Of a DNA stretch of 64,000 bases, positions 49,848-58,700 are shown piece by piece. How positions within the stretch are numbered: the stretch's first letter is position 1; every line of letters begins with the position of its first letter. Under the pieces are notes generated by a model. The model made no database searches and had not been told where the DNA came from. It saw only the letters and a list, made by a program, of their open reading frames with translations. This DNA comes from an uncultured Acidobacteriota bacterium. Lineage in GTDB: Bacteria > Acidobacteriota > Terriglobia > UBA7540. Both the position numbers and the translations under genes were made by a program. Location of the stretch: NCBI GenBank assembly GCA_963804995.1, contig CAWDSK010000006.1, positions 928,001 to 992,000 on the forward strand, given 5' to 3'.

Positions 49848-50543
49848 ATGACCAGACGAAGACGGCCTTTCAGTGAACGTCCGCGATATTCCGTGGCCGA
49901 AGCCCGAGCGAGGGCAGCCGGAGTGCCTGATCGAGGAGGCTCCCTCATTGAACTCATCCTGGTGCTGGGGTTGTTTGGAGTTCTGACCGCTATAGCCCTC
50001 ACTTTGATATTGCAAACTTACGGGGAAGTGAAAAGCCGCCTGGGGTCGGCGACGCTGTTTGATAGTGGGGTAACGGCCCTGAATCAAATGGGCCGGGAAA
50101 TCCGCATGGCTGGATTTCCCTCGTCGAAGTCTTACAGTGCATCTGCCGTCGCTGCCTCACCCGGTCTCATAGCGACTTCTTTCGTGACCGTCACCTCCTA
50201 CGACCTGGTCTTCCAGGCAGACACCGACGGTGACGGAACCGTAGAACAGATCGAATACGTGAACGCTCCGAACTCACAGAACCTTCTGCGTATGAGTACC
50301 GGGAAGAATCTGAATGGGTCGCTGGCGACGACTACGGTCACGACCCTGGCGCTCGACCACGTGCAGAATCGGGTTACAAACCAGCCTCTGTTTACCTGGG
50401 ATGTGGACCCGTCGATCGCCCAACCCTTCCCTCTGAACGTGCGAGCCGTGTACATCAACCTGGTTCTTCAATCCGCTGGAAATGAAAGTGGGCCCCCGGC
50501 CGTGGTGACGTTGATGGCCACCTGCCCAAGGATGAATTTTTGA
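49848..50543 (+). CDS. PilW-like minor pilin
   Basis: RGGSLIELILVLGL, REIRMAG, DTDGDG. Confidence 0.82.
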   Translation: MTRRRRPFSERPRYSVAEARARAAGVPDRGGSLIELILVLGLFGVLTAIALTLILQTYGEVKSRLGSATLFDSGVTALNQMGREIRMAGFPSSKSYSASAVAASPGLIATSFVTVTSYDLVFQADTDGDGTVEQIEYVNAPNSQNLLRMSTGKNLNGSLATTTVTTLALDHVQNRVTNQPLFTWDVDPSIAQPFPLNVRAVYINLVLQSAGNESGPPAVVTLMATCPRMNF

Positions 50544-52039
50544 AATTTGAAACACCAGCCCGAGGGATGAACCCGTCCGCCAGGTTGCCCCACCCGGGGG
50601 CACAGCCGGCGCCGCCAATAGAGATGGACAAGAACCATCCCCCCGGAATTCGGCCGAGGGAGCGCGGCATGGCTCTCATGATTGTGCTTCTCGTCATCGT
50701 AACACTCAGCGGTCTGGCACTCTCCATCGTGCTACTGACTGACAGCCAAATCCGTCTGGCCCAGACCATCCAGGCCCGGGAGCGAGCTTATTACGCGGCC
50801 ATGGCGGGGCTGGAGGAGGCCCGCGGACGGATGAAGGGGTCCGCGCCAGATACTGTCGCCGCGTCCTTACCCAGCACGATTCACCAGGTCCTCTACCTTC
50901 GGAACGCCAGCGCGACAGACCCCGTCCAGCCCACCAGCGCCCTATCCCCCTATTACGACTACGAATACGCGCGCGAGTTCAGTGGTGGATTGGGATCAGC
51001 GGCGGTCCTCCCCTATCTCAACAGCGACCAACCGGGAGCCTCAACCACGACATCGATCCCCTATAAGTGGGTGCGTATTACCCTTAAGACCAATGATGGG
51101 ACGTCACCCCTTTACTGGGACGGAACGCATGAGAATTCGACGTCCACGACCGGCGCGTTGGTCTACGTCCTCACGGCGCTAGCTGTTGACTCCTCGAATG
51201 TGAGGAAACTCCTGCAAACCGAAGTCGCGGGAATCCCGGGGGTAGGAGGCACAAATTACACGCCCGTGGCGGCTGTGGCTGCTGCCGGCTCGGCTTCCCT
51301 CTCCGGGCAGCCGTTATGGTGGCTCATTAGTATGTTCCTCGGGGGCACAGGGTCCGCGAATGTGACCGTGACCGGGAATGACAACAACCCGGGCACGGCA
51401 GGATGCCCCACCCCGACCGGGGCATTGCCGGGCGTGGTGGCAGGGGGCACGGTCAATACTTCTGCTGCTTCGGTGGCTGGCAATCCCGCCACACAATCCG
51501 CCGTCACTCCCTTCCCCCAATCCGCTGCCACCCTGATTGCGCAATACCAGCCCGCCTCGAGCCCCATTACCTCAGTCGATCCCTCGCATGTGTCATCCTC
51601 TGGCCCGACCTACTTGGCGAGCGGCACGACTCTGGGAACACAACCCACGGCGGGATCGGCGGGGTCCGCGCGGATCGTCTACACCGACCGTCCTCTCTCC
51701 ATCAGCGGGAACGGCAACAGCGGTTATGGACTGCTCCTGGTCAACGGCGATCTTACGGTCACAGGATCGTGGAACTACCAGGGGGTTACGATTGTCAATG
51801 GTGCAATCAATTTCACGGCGGCCAACAGTGCGAATATTCTAGTGAGAGGCACGCTGGTCGCGTCGGGGAATCTCTCTTTGAACGCCTCCACCAGCTTCAG
51901 TACTTCCACGATCAGCACGCTTTATGATTCCTGCATGGTGAGCCAGGTTTTGCAGGGGCTCAGCGGTGGCGCCTCTTCCGGTCTTACCTCCTCCACCACA
52001 AGCCCTCAGATTCTCTCCTACCGCGAACTTAGCTACTGA
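50540..52039 (+). CDS. PilX-like minor pilin with Ser/Thr/Gly-rich C-terminal domain
   Basis: ERGMALMIVLL (no Glu5), AYYAAMAGLEEA, YKWVRITLK, ILSYREL terminus. Confidence 0.8.
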   Translation: MKFETPARGMNPSARLPHPGAQPAPPIEMDKNHPPGIRPRERGMALMIVLLVIVTLSGLALSIVLLTDSQIRLAQTIQARERAYYAAMAGLEEARGRMKGSAPDTVAASLPSTIHQVLYLRNASATDPVQPTSALSPYYDYEYAREFSGGLGSAAVLPYLNSDQPGASTTTSIPYKWVRITLKTNDGTSPLYWDGTHENSTSTTGALVYVLTALAVDSSNVRKLLQTEVAGIPGVGGTNYTPVAAVAAAGSASLSGQPLWWLISMFLGGTGSANVTVTGNDNNPGTAGCPTPTGALPGVVAGGTVNTSAASVAGNPATQSAVTPFPQSAATLIAQYQPASSPITSVDPSHVSSSGPTYLASGTTLGTQPTAGSAGSARIVYTDRPLSISGNGNSGYGLLLVNGDLTVTGSWNYQGVTIVNGAINFTAANSANILVRGTLVASGNLSLNASTSFSTSTISTLYDSCMVSQVLQGLSGGASSGLTSSTTSPQILSYRELSY

Positions 52040-52194
52040 TCTCGCGGCCGTGTTCACCGCGAGGCGGCGGGCACACGTCCAGTGACTGCAGCCGAGGGAG
52101 CGATCCTGGATAGCTGAGAAATTGACCTGCGCGAACTCTTCATGCGTGCCCGTATTAATGTGGGCCGAAGGGCCACCGGTCCGGGCCACGCTCG

Positions 52195-53844
52195 CTACTG
52201 TAATGACGACTCCAGATGTTTCCGAATTTCCTCCAGAAACTCCTGGTCATCGCTCGTCCCCTGCTTCTTGAGATTATTGAAGGTGGCAAGCGCCTGCTGA
52301 GACTTCACGCTTTCACCCAATAAACTATAGGCGCGGGAAAGCTGGTAATAAGCCTGGGCGAGATCAGGTTGGTCGTGCACCGCGGCTTCCAGTTCGTGGG
52401 TGGCGGCGGCAGGCTGGTTCTGCCTGACCAGCAGCTTTCCCAGTTGGTAGTGGGGAAGGCCGTAAGCGGGGTTTAGCGCCAGGGCCTGCTTGAATGCCTC
52501 CGGAGCTTCCTCCGCTCGGTTATCGCGAAGCAGCAGGACGCCCAGATGGTATTCAAAGCGGGCGTTACGTGGTTCGAGCGCGATGGCCTGACGCAAGTAT
52601 TTCTCGCCTTCACGATTCTTCCCCTCGTTCACTAAGCTGGCAGCGTAAAGAAACAACGAACGCGCGGAATGGGGATCGCGCTGGACGGCCTGTTCTAGAC
52701 TTTGCCGCGCCTCGGCATAGCGCCGCTCCAGATAATAACTGACCCCCGCGCTGTAATAAGGGTCCGCCCAATCCGGCGCCTCTTCGATGGCCTGGTGCAG
52801 TAATTCGAGCGCGGCGTCATGCTGACCCACGAACTGACGGATCTGCGCGCGTAGAAGTGTGTAGCGTGGCTCGCGCGGCGTCATCGCGAGGGCCTGACGG
52901 CAGGCATCGTCAGCTTCCACTGGGCGATGCAGGGCGTAATACGCGCTGGCACGTAAAAAGAAATCCTCAGCCGCGGTGGGGTTCGAGACGGTTTCCAGCA
53001 CGCTGTCAGGATTGTGGGATTGCAACTCGGCCACGGCCAGTTGGCGGCGAATGTCGTCCCGAGAAGGCTGGGCCCGCAACGCCTCGGCAAGATAGGGTAG
53101 AGCGTCCTGTGCCTGGCGCTTCTCGAGGAAGAGCTTCCCCACGGCGGCCTGCCACTCCGGGTCGACAGGAAGATTCCTGGCGGCTGCTGCGGCTTCCTGT
53201 CGGGCCTCTTCGGGATGCTGTGCTTCGAGCTCCGCGCGGATGATGTTGAAGGCAACATCCAACCGCGGCGGTCCGAGTTCCTGGGCGCGGCGCAAGTCGG
53301 TCAAGGCCTCCTCAGGCCGCCCCATTTTTAACAAGACCACTCCAAGGTTATAGACAGCGTCAGAATGCTTCGGATTCAGCGCCACGGCCTGCTGGAGTTC
53401 GCGCCGCCCCAGCTCCATATTCGATTCGCGCAAATACGCCAAGGCAAGATAGTAATGGCCTGCGAAGGACTTAGGCTGGAGCTTCAGGGCCTGCTGATAG
53501 TGCGCGATGGCTTGGGTTGTCTCTCCACTTTCGACCTCGGCCAAGCCCAGCAACAAGTAGGCATCCACCAATTGGGGTTCGGCCTGCAAGACTTGCTTGA
53601 GAAGAGATTTGGTCTGCTCGAAATCATGCGCCTTATAGGCTTCGCGCGCTTTCTCGAACTGGGCGGCAGCCTCAGGATTGTTGCTGTGAGTCTGTTCGAT
53701 CAAACCAGCCGAGAGTAAATTGCTGCCACGCACCGCTGCCGGCAACAGGAGGAGCGAAATGGCGACCAGCAGACCAGCGCGATGCCACGTGGGTGTGCTT
53801 CTTACTCCAAGCCCAGTCAGGCGTGATGTCGCGACGAGGTTCAT
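52195..53844 (-). CDS. Tetratricopeptide repeat protein, exported
   Basis: Signal peptide and many TPR units (AYLLLG, YNLG, AL.L.P). Confidence 0.9.
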   Translation of the reverse strand: MNLVATSRLTGLGVRSTPTWHRAGLLVAISLLLLPAAVRGSNLLSAGLIEQTHSNNPEAAAQFEKAREAYKAHDFEQTKSLLKQVLQAEPQLVDAYLLLGLAEVESGETTQAIAHYQQALKLQPKSFAGHYYLALAYLRESNMELGRRELQQAVALNPKHSDAVYNLGVVLLKMGRPEEALTDLRRAQELGPPRLDVAFNIIRAELEAQHPEEARQEAAAAARNLPVDPEWQAAVGKLFLEKRQAQDALPYLAEALRAQPSRDDIRRQLAVAELQSHNPDSVLETVSNPTAAEDFFLRASAYYALHRPVEADDACRQALAMTPREPRYTLLRAQIRQFVGQHDAALELLHQAIEEAPDWADPYYSAGVSYYLERRYAEARQSLEQAVQRDPHSARSLFLYAASLVNEGKNREGEKYLRQAIALEPRNARFEYHLGVLLLRDNRAEEAPEAFKQALALNPAYGLPHYQLGKLLVRQNQPAAATHELEAAVHDQPDLAQAYYQLSRAYSLLGESVKSQQALATFNNLKKQGTSDDQEFLEEIRKHLESSLQ

Positions 53845-54313
53845 GGGGCGATACCAGGGAGGCTATCTTACCTTACAACGCGACGCGCCGAGTCGGTTAC
53901 GTGGAGACCGCACGTTCGGTTGGGACAATTCGACCTCGCCAGGTTCAGCGTGCATGGGGCAGGAATCCCCGTCATGCCTCGGTTGGTCCACAAGAACGGT
54001 TTCAGAGCGCCGGCTTCCCCACAACGACTCTCCAGAAAAGTAAAAATGTCCTCTTCTGGTCTTGAATAATATTGGATCAAAAATTGATGTAGGTCATTGT
54101 TGGCGGGTAGGTTTGGGTGTATAGCAGCCGTGCTGCGAGCACAATCGTAAATCCCGCTTTACCTTCATCCGGTTTGGTCGTCCGGCCGTAGGACCAATCT
54201 TTAGGATAGCCAAGTCGGATAATGTTACTATCTGTGGTATTATTTCAATGGTTTATCTCCCATGCGTCGGACGTAGAGGCTGGATACTTCACACAAGCAC
54301 AGGAGGGCGATTC

Positions 54314-57300
54314 ATGCAAGAGAAATTAAGGATGCTATTGTTCGTCGCCCTGGTGGCGGCGGTCCTGGAAACCGCCCAACCTTCGTGGGCTGACGTAACC
54401 GGATCTATTTTGGGAACTGTTACAGACCCTACCGGGGCCGTAGTTCCCAAGGCGCAGGTAACGCTTCGAAATGCTGATACCGGCGCGGTGCGAAATACCA
54501 CCACGGACTCCTTGGGAAGCTATGAGTTCCTTTTGGTTCCCGTGGGTGAAAACTATGTCTTGGTGATCGAGGCGGCCGGCTTCCAAAAGGCCGAACAAAC
54601 CGGGATCAAACTTCTGGTTAACCAGAAATTCCGTGCGGATGTCCATCTCATTGTTGGCTCCGTAACGCAACTAGTCAATGTTTCAGCGCAGGTGGTCCAG
54701 GCCGAGACGACGAGCACCCAGCTCGGTGATGTCATCGAGGACCGCAAGATGAACACCCTGCCTCTTAATGGGCGGAGTTACACCGACCTACTGGGCCTGC
54801 AAGCGGGCGTCGCTCCTGTTACCTCCAGCGTTCAAGACACCAGCCGACCTGTTTCCGGCAATCTCAACCCCGGCACAGTTTCGGTCAACGGGGAACGAGA
54901 GTCCGCCAATTCCTTCCTGGTTAACGGAGGAGACGTGCAAGAGGGCCTGACCCAGGGCGCTTCCATTGTACCCACCCTGGACTCCATTCAAGAGTTCCGC
55001 ATCTTGACCAACTCTTTTGATGCGGAATATGGCAAATTCGCCGGAGCCATTGTGAACGTGATCACCAAATCCGGAACCAACGGCTTCCACGGCACGGTCT
55101 ATGAGTATCTCCGCAATGAGAAACTGGACGCGCGCAACTTTTTCGATATGAACCAGACTAACCCTGTCACAAATAAAGAGCTGCCGGGGACGGCGCTGGG
55201 AGAATTCCGGCGCAATCAGTTCGGCGGGGCCGCGGGCGGGCCAATCCTTAAGAACCGTCTCTTCTTCTTCGCAGATTTCCAGGGAACACGGGAAGTGCGA
55301 GGTCAATCCACCGGCATCATCGATGTCCCCTCCGCGAGCGAGCGGCTAGGCGATTTCACGGATGTCAGCACCACCGGTTATGGCGTGTTAGGGGGGGGCG
55401 TCCACAGTGATAACGCTGTCGGGGACTTGGCTCAGACGCTGACCGCCCGGCTGGGATATGCAGTGACTGGCGGTGAGCCCTATTATTACTCGGGCTGCAC
55501 CACGACCGCACAGTGTGTCTTCCCCGGCCAGGTGATCCCAGAAGCCGCTTGGGATCCGGCCGCCAAAGGAATGTTGAAGTACATTCCTTTGAGTACTGGC
55601 GTGGCGGCTGGGACGCCATTCTTTTCCAGCAGCGCCGAGAAGGCAACCTGGGGTAACAACAAAGGCGCCATCCGCATCGATCTCAACACCCAGCGGATGG
55701 GAGCCTTGTCCGGCTACTACCACCTCGATGATGCTACTATGGTTTACCCCTACCCGGGTTTGATTGGCAATGGCGCCAATGTGCCGGGCTTCCCGGCGAC
55801 CACACCCTCGCGGGCTCAGCAGTTCAACCTGAGTAACACGCGCAATTTCGGCAGCGCGATGGTGAATGAAGCGCGCGTGAACTACACGCGTAGTGCGTTG
55901 ATGTGGGACGCGCCGACTGGTGGGCTAACTAAGCTCTCCAGCCTAGGCTTCGTCACGGGGGAGGGGACACTGGGCCTGAATCCGGTTGTCGCCGCGTTTG
56001 AGGGGGCCCCCTCGACGTGTTTAAATATCATGGGCCCCTGTTGGGGCGTCTCCAATGGCAGTACAGGCCAGTACAACAACACTTTTCAAATCAGTGACAA
56101 CTTTTCCAAGATTGTAGGCCGGCATACCCTCAAGTTCGGCGGTGACGGCCGCTACCTCCAGATCAATGAGCGCAATACGTATTCTGAGAATGGGTACATC
56201 CAATTCGGCGGCGAGGAAACCGGCAACGATTTTGCGGATTACCTGCTGGGCGCCCCCGATTTCTTCAACCAGGCGAGCCAGCAGTTTCTGGATAATCGCA
56301 GCAAGTATTACGGGTTTTATGCACAAGACACGTTCAAGTTCAGACCCAACCTGACACTCAATTACGGCCTGCGCTGGGAAGTCAGCGAACCTTACTACGA
56401 TACTCAGAACAAGATCCAGACCTTCAAGTGGGACGCTGCGGGCCCCATCCAATCGCACGTTTACCCGCAGGCTCCCGCAGGTTGGGTGTTTCCGGGTGAT
56501 GACGATATTCCTCCCTCCCTGGCCCACACCACCTACAACCACTGGGGTCCACGGGTGGGTCTGGCGTATTCCCCCGGGTCCTCCAGCGGAGCGCTCGGCA
56601 ATATCTTTGGTGGGCCGGGCAAGACCAGCATCCGCGCTGCCTTCGGTATGTATTACACCTCGGTCGAAGACGAGACGCTGTTCGGGGTTCAAGGGAACCC
56701 GCCCTTCGGGTTTTGGTATGTAAGCCCAGCTCTCGTCTACCTGGACGAGCCTTACAAAGATCGCGTAAGCAACAACGATCCCGGGCAGCGTTTCCCATTC
56801 CATATGGCTACTCCTGGTTCAAACCCTAGTTTCGACGACTGGATTCCGGTAATCAGTGTCCAGATGACCCAGACCAATAACACGTTGCCCTATTCGGAGC
56901 ACTTCAATTTCAACATCCAACGTGAGATCAAGAATTCGGCGGTATTGACCGTGGGCTACGTGGGCACCCGGGGCCATCACTTAGCCTCCCTCTATTCGTT
57001 TAATCCCGGCAATGCCGCCCTCTGCCTGCACATTGCGGCTCTATATACTGCCGCCGGCCTGTCAGGAGGGTGTGGCCCAAGTGGTGAGGATTCCATCTAC
57101 AATGTCAACGGCCAAACCTTTTACGGGACTCGGCCGTATTCTGTGACCTCCGGGCGTGGCCTGCCTCTTGGCCGGTTGGATTTCGGGGAGAACGATTTCT
57201 TTGCCACCAAAGCGAACTCCAATTACAACGCCCTGCAAGTCAGCCTGGAAAAGAGAGTCGGCCACCTGCGCTTCCTTAGCGCCTACACCTGGTCAAAATC

Positions 57301-57943
57301 GCTCGATAACAGCTCAAACATCAACGAGTACATCAACACCTTTAACCCAGAAATCAGCAAGGCGCTTTCGGCGTTTGACATGACTCACAACTTCGTTACC
57401 AGCTACAGTTACGACATACCTACTCCACACCTGACCACTTCCAGCCCGGCCGTTGTCCGTAAGCTCCTCGATGGCTGGACCGTGACCGGCATCACACGCT
57501 TTGCAACCGGCCAGCCCGTCCGCATGCGTCAGAGTGGTGACTTGGCTCTTTGCAATTGCCACGCCGCGGTTGATTTTCCCAATTGGACTGGTGAGGCGAT
57601 TCAGTTCTCTGATCCGCGAGCTTCCTCCAGCCACCGGTATTTCTCTACCACCCAATTCTACTCGCAGGTGTTGGGAGAGGTCGGCAATGCAAACCGGCGA
57701 TTCTTCCACGGCCCCGGCCTCAACAACTGGGACGTTGCCCTTCACAAAACAACGGGCGTCTCGGAAAGGGTATCGCTAGAATTCCGAGCTGAGTTCTTTA
57801 ACATTTTCAACCACGCTCAGTTTAATACCCCGGGCGGCACCTTTTCGGCGTCGTCATTTACAACACCAGACCCTTCGGTCGGTAGAGTAACGAGTGCTCG
57901 CGACCCTCGGATCGGCCAGTTTGCCCTGAAGCTCCATTTCTAA
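54314..57943 (+). CDS. TonB-dependent receptor, Oar-like, copy 1
   Basis: AGGAGG RBS; GTVTDPTGAVVP, LPLNGR, DSIQEF, TKSGTN, RNQFGG, YAQD, NYGLRWE, FRAEFFN, terminal LKLHF. Confidence 0.93.
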   Translation: MQEKLRMLLFVALVAAVLETAQPSWADVTGSILGTVTDPTGAVVPKAQVTLRNADTGAVRNTTTDSLGSYEFLLVPVGENYVLVIEAAGFQKAEQTGIKLLVNQKFRADVHLIVGSVTQLVNVSAQVVQAETTSTQLGDVIEDRKMNTLPLNGRSYTDLLGLQAGVAPVTSSVQDTSRPVSGNLNPGTVSVNGERESANSFLVNGGDVQEGLTQGASIVPTLDSIQEFRILTNSFDAEYGKFAGAIVNVITKSGTNGFHGTVYEYLRNEKLDARNFFDMNQTNPVTNKELPGTALGEFRRNQFGGAAGGPILKNRLFFFADFQGTREVRGQSTGIIDVPSASERLGDFTDVSTTGYGVLGGGVHSDNAVGDLAQTLTARLGYAVTGGEPYYYSGCTTTAQCVFPGQVIPEAAWDPAAKGMLKYIPLSTGVAAGTPFFSSSAEKATWGNNKGAIRIDLNTQRMGALSGYYHLDDATMVYPYPGLIGNGANVPGFPATTPSRAQQFNLSNTRNFGSAMVNEARVNYTRSALMWDAPTGGLTKLSSLGFVTGEGTLGLNPVVAAFEGAPSTCLNIMGPCWGVSNGSTGQYNNTFQISDNFSKIVGRHTLKFGGDGRYLQINERNTYSENGYIQFGGEETGNDFADYLLGAPDFFNQASQQFLDNRSKYYGFYAQDTFKFRPNLTLNYGLRWEVSEPYYDTQNKIQTFKWDAAGPIQSHVYPQAPAGWVFPGDDDIPPSLAHTTYNHWGPRVGLAYSPGSSSGALGNIFGGPGKTSIRAAFGMYYTSVEDETLFGVQGNPPFGFWYVSPALVYLDEPYKDRVSNNDPGQRFPFHMATPGSNPSFDDWIPVISVQMTQTNNTLPYSEHFNFNIQREIKNSAVLTVGYVGTRGHHLASLYSFNPGNAALCLHIAALYTAAGLSGGCGPSGEDSIYNVNGQTFYGTRPYSVTSGRGLPLGRLDFGENDFFATKANSNYNALQVSLEKRVGHLRFLSAYTWSKSLDNSSNINEYINTFNPEISKALSAFDMTHNFVTSYSYDIPTPHLTTSSPAVVRKLLDGWTVTGITRFATGQPVRMRQSGDLALCNCHAAVDFPNWTGEAIQFSDPRASSSHRYFSTTQFYSQVLGEVGNANRRFFHGPGLNNWDVALHKTTGVSERVSLEFRAEFFNIFNHAQFNTPGGTFSASSFTTPDPSVGRVTSARDPRIGQFALKLHF

Positions 57944-58006
57944 GCTTCTGGATTCGGCGCGCGAGGAGGTGTGATAGTTCCTACGGTTAGGTAGGTAAGA
58001 ACCTGG

Positions 58007-58129
58007 CAGGCTGATGAAAGAGCAACGTAGCGGCGGGTTTACCCCGCCATTTTATGCCACGCGATCGCGGGCAGGATGGCGGAGTAAACCCGCCGCTAAG
58101 TCGCACGGGAAGGGTTATTCAACAGCCTG
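58007..58129. mobile_element. MITE-like element carrying a REP family A doublet
   Basis: Terminal inverted repeat CAGGCTGATGAA/TTCAACAGCCTG; homologous to 36866-36987; truncated copy at 62356-62386. Confidence 0.6.
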
Positions 58130-58700
58130 CTAGTTCGCTACGTCGCCGCTTTTCGACAAAGATGGCGACAACACTGGTCGGGCTGCTTTGGTTCGCAAGT
58201 CCAAACACGCAGAGGAATTTCCAAAGCGGCCCGACCCACCCACCTCATAAGGCTTCCGCTTTCAGCGTTAAGAGATGGCCTTCGGTGGCCATAAGAACCT
58301 AGACTGGGCGTCCTCCTCGTCAGGTTCAATGGGCAAAGGGGCAGAGATTCCCGTCGCGCCTCGGTTGGTCCGCAAGTACGGCTACCGAGCGCCGGCTTCC
58401 GCACTACGACTCTCCGGAAAAGTAAAAATGTCCCCTTCTAGGATTGAATAAAATCGGATCAAAAATTGATGCAGGTCATTGTTCGCGGGTAGGTTTGGGT
58501 GTAGACAAGTCGCCAGAATAGAAGAACTAAGCCAAGTCCTGGATCAACTTTACCCTCTGCGCGGGTCCGGGATGTGCGCTTATGTCAACGATAGCCAAAT
58601 CGGTTTGGGTTGTAACTGCTGGTCTGTAAGCTTGGCAATAATATCCAATGCGTCGGGCGTGGGTGAAGAATCTTTCGTGCTAGCACAGGAGGGCCAATTC

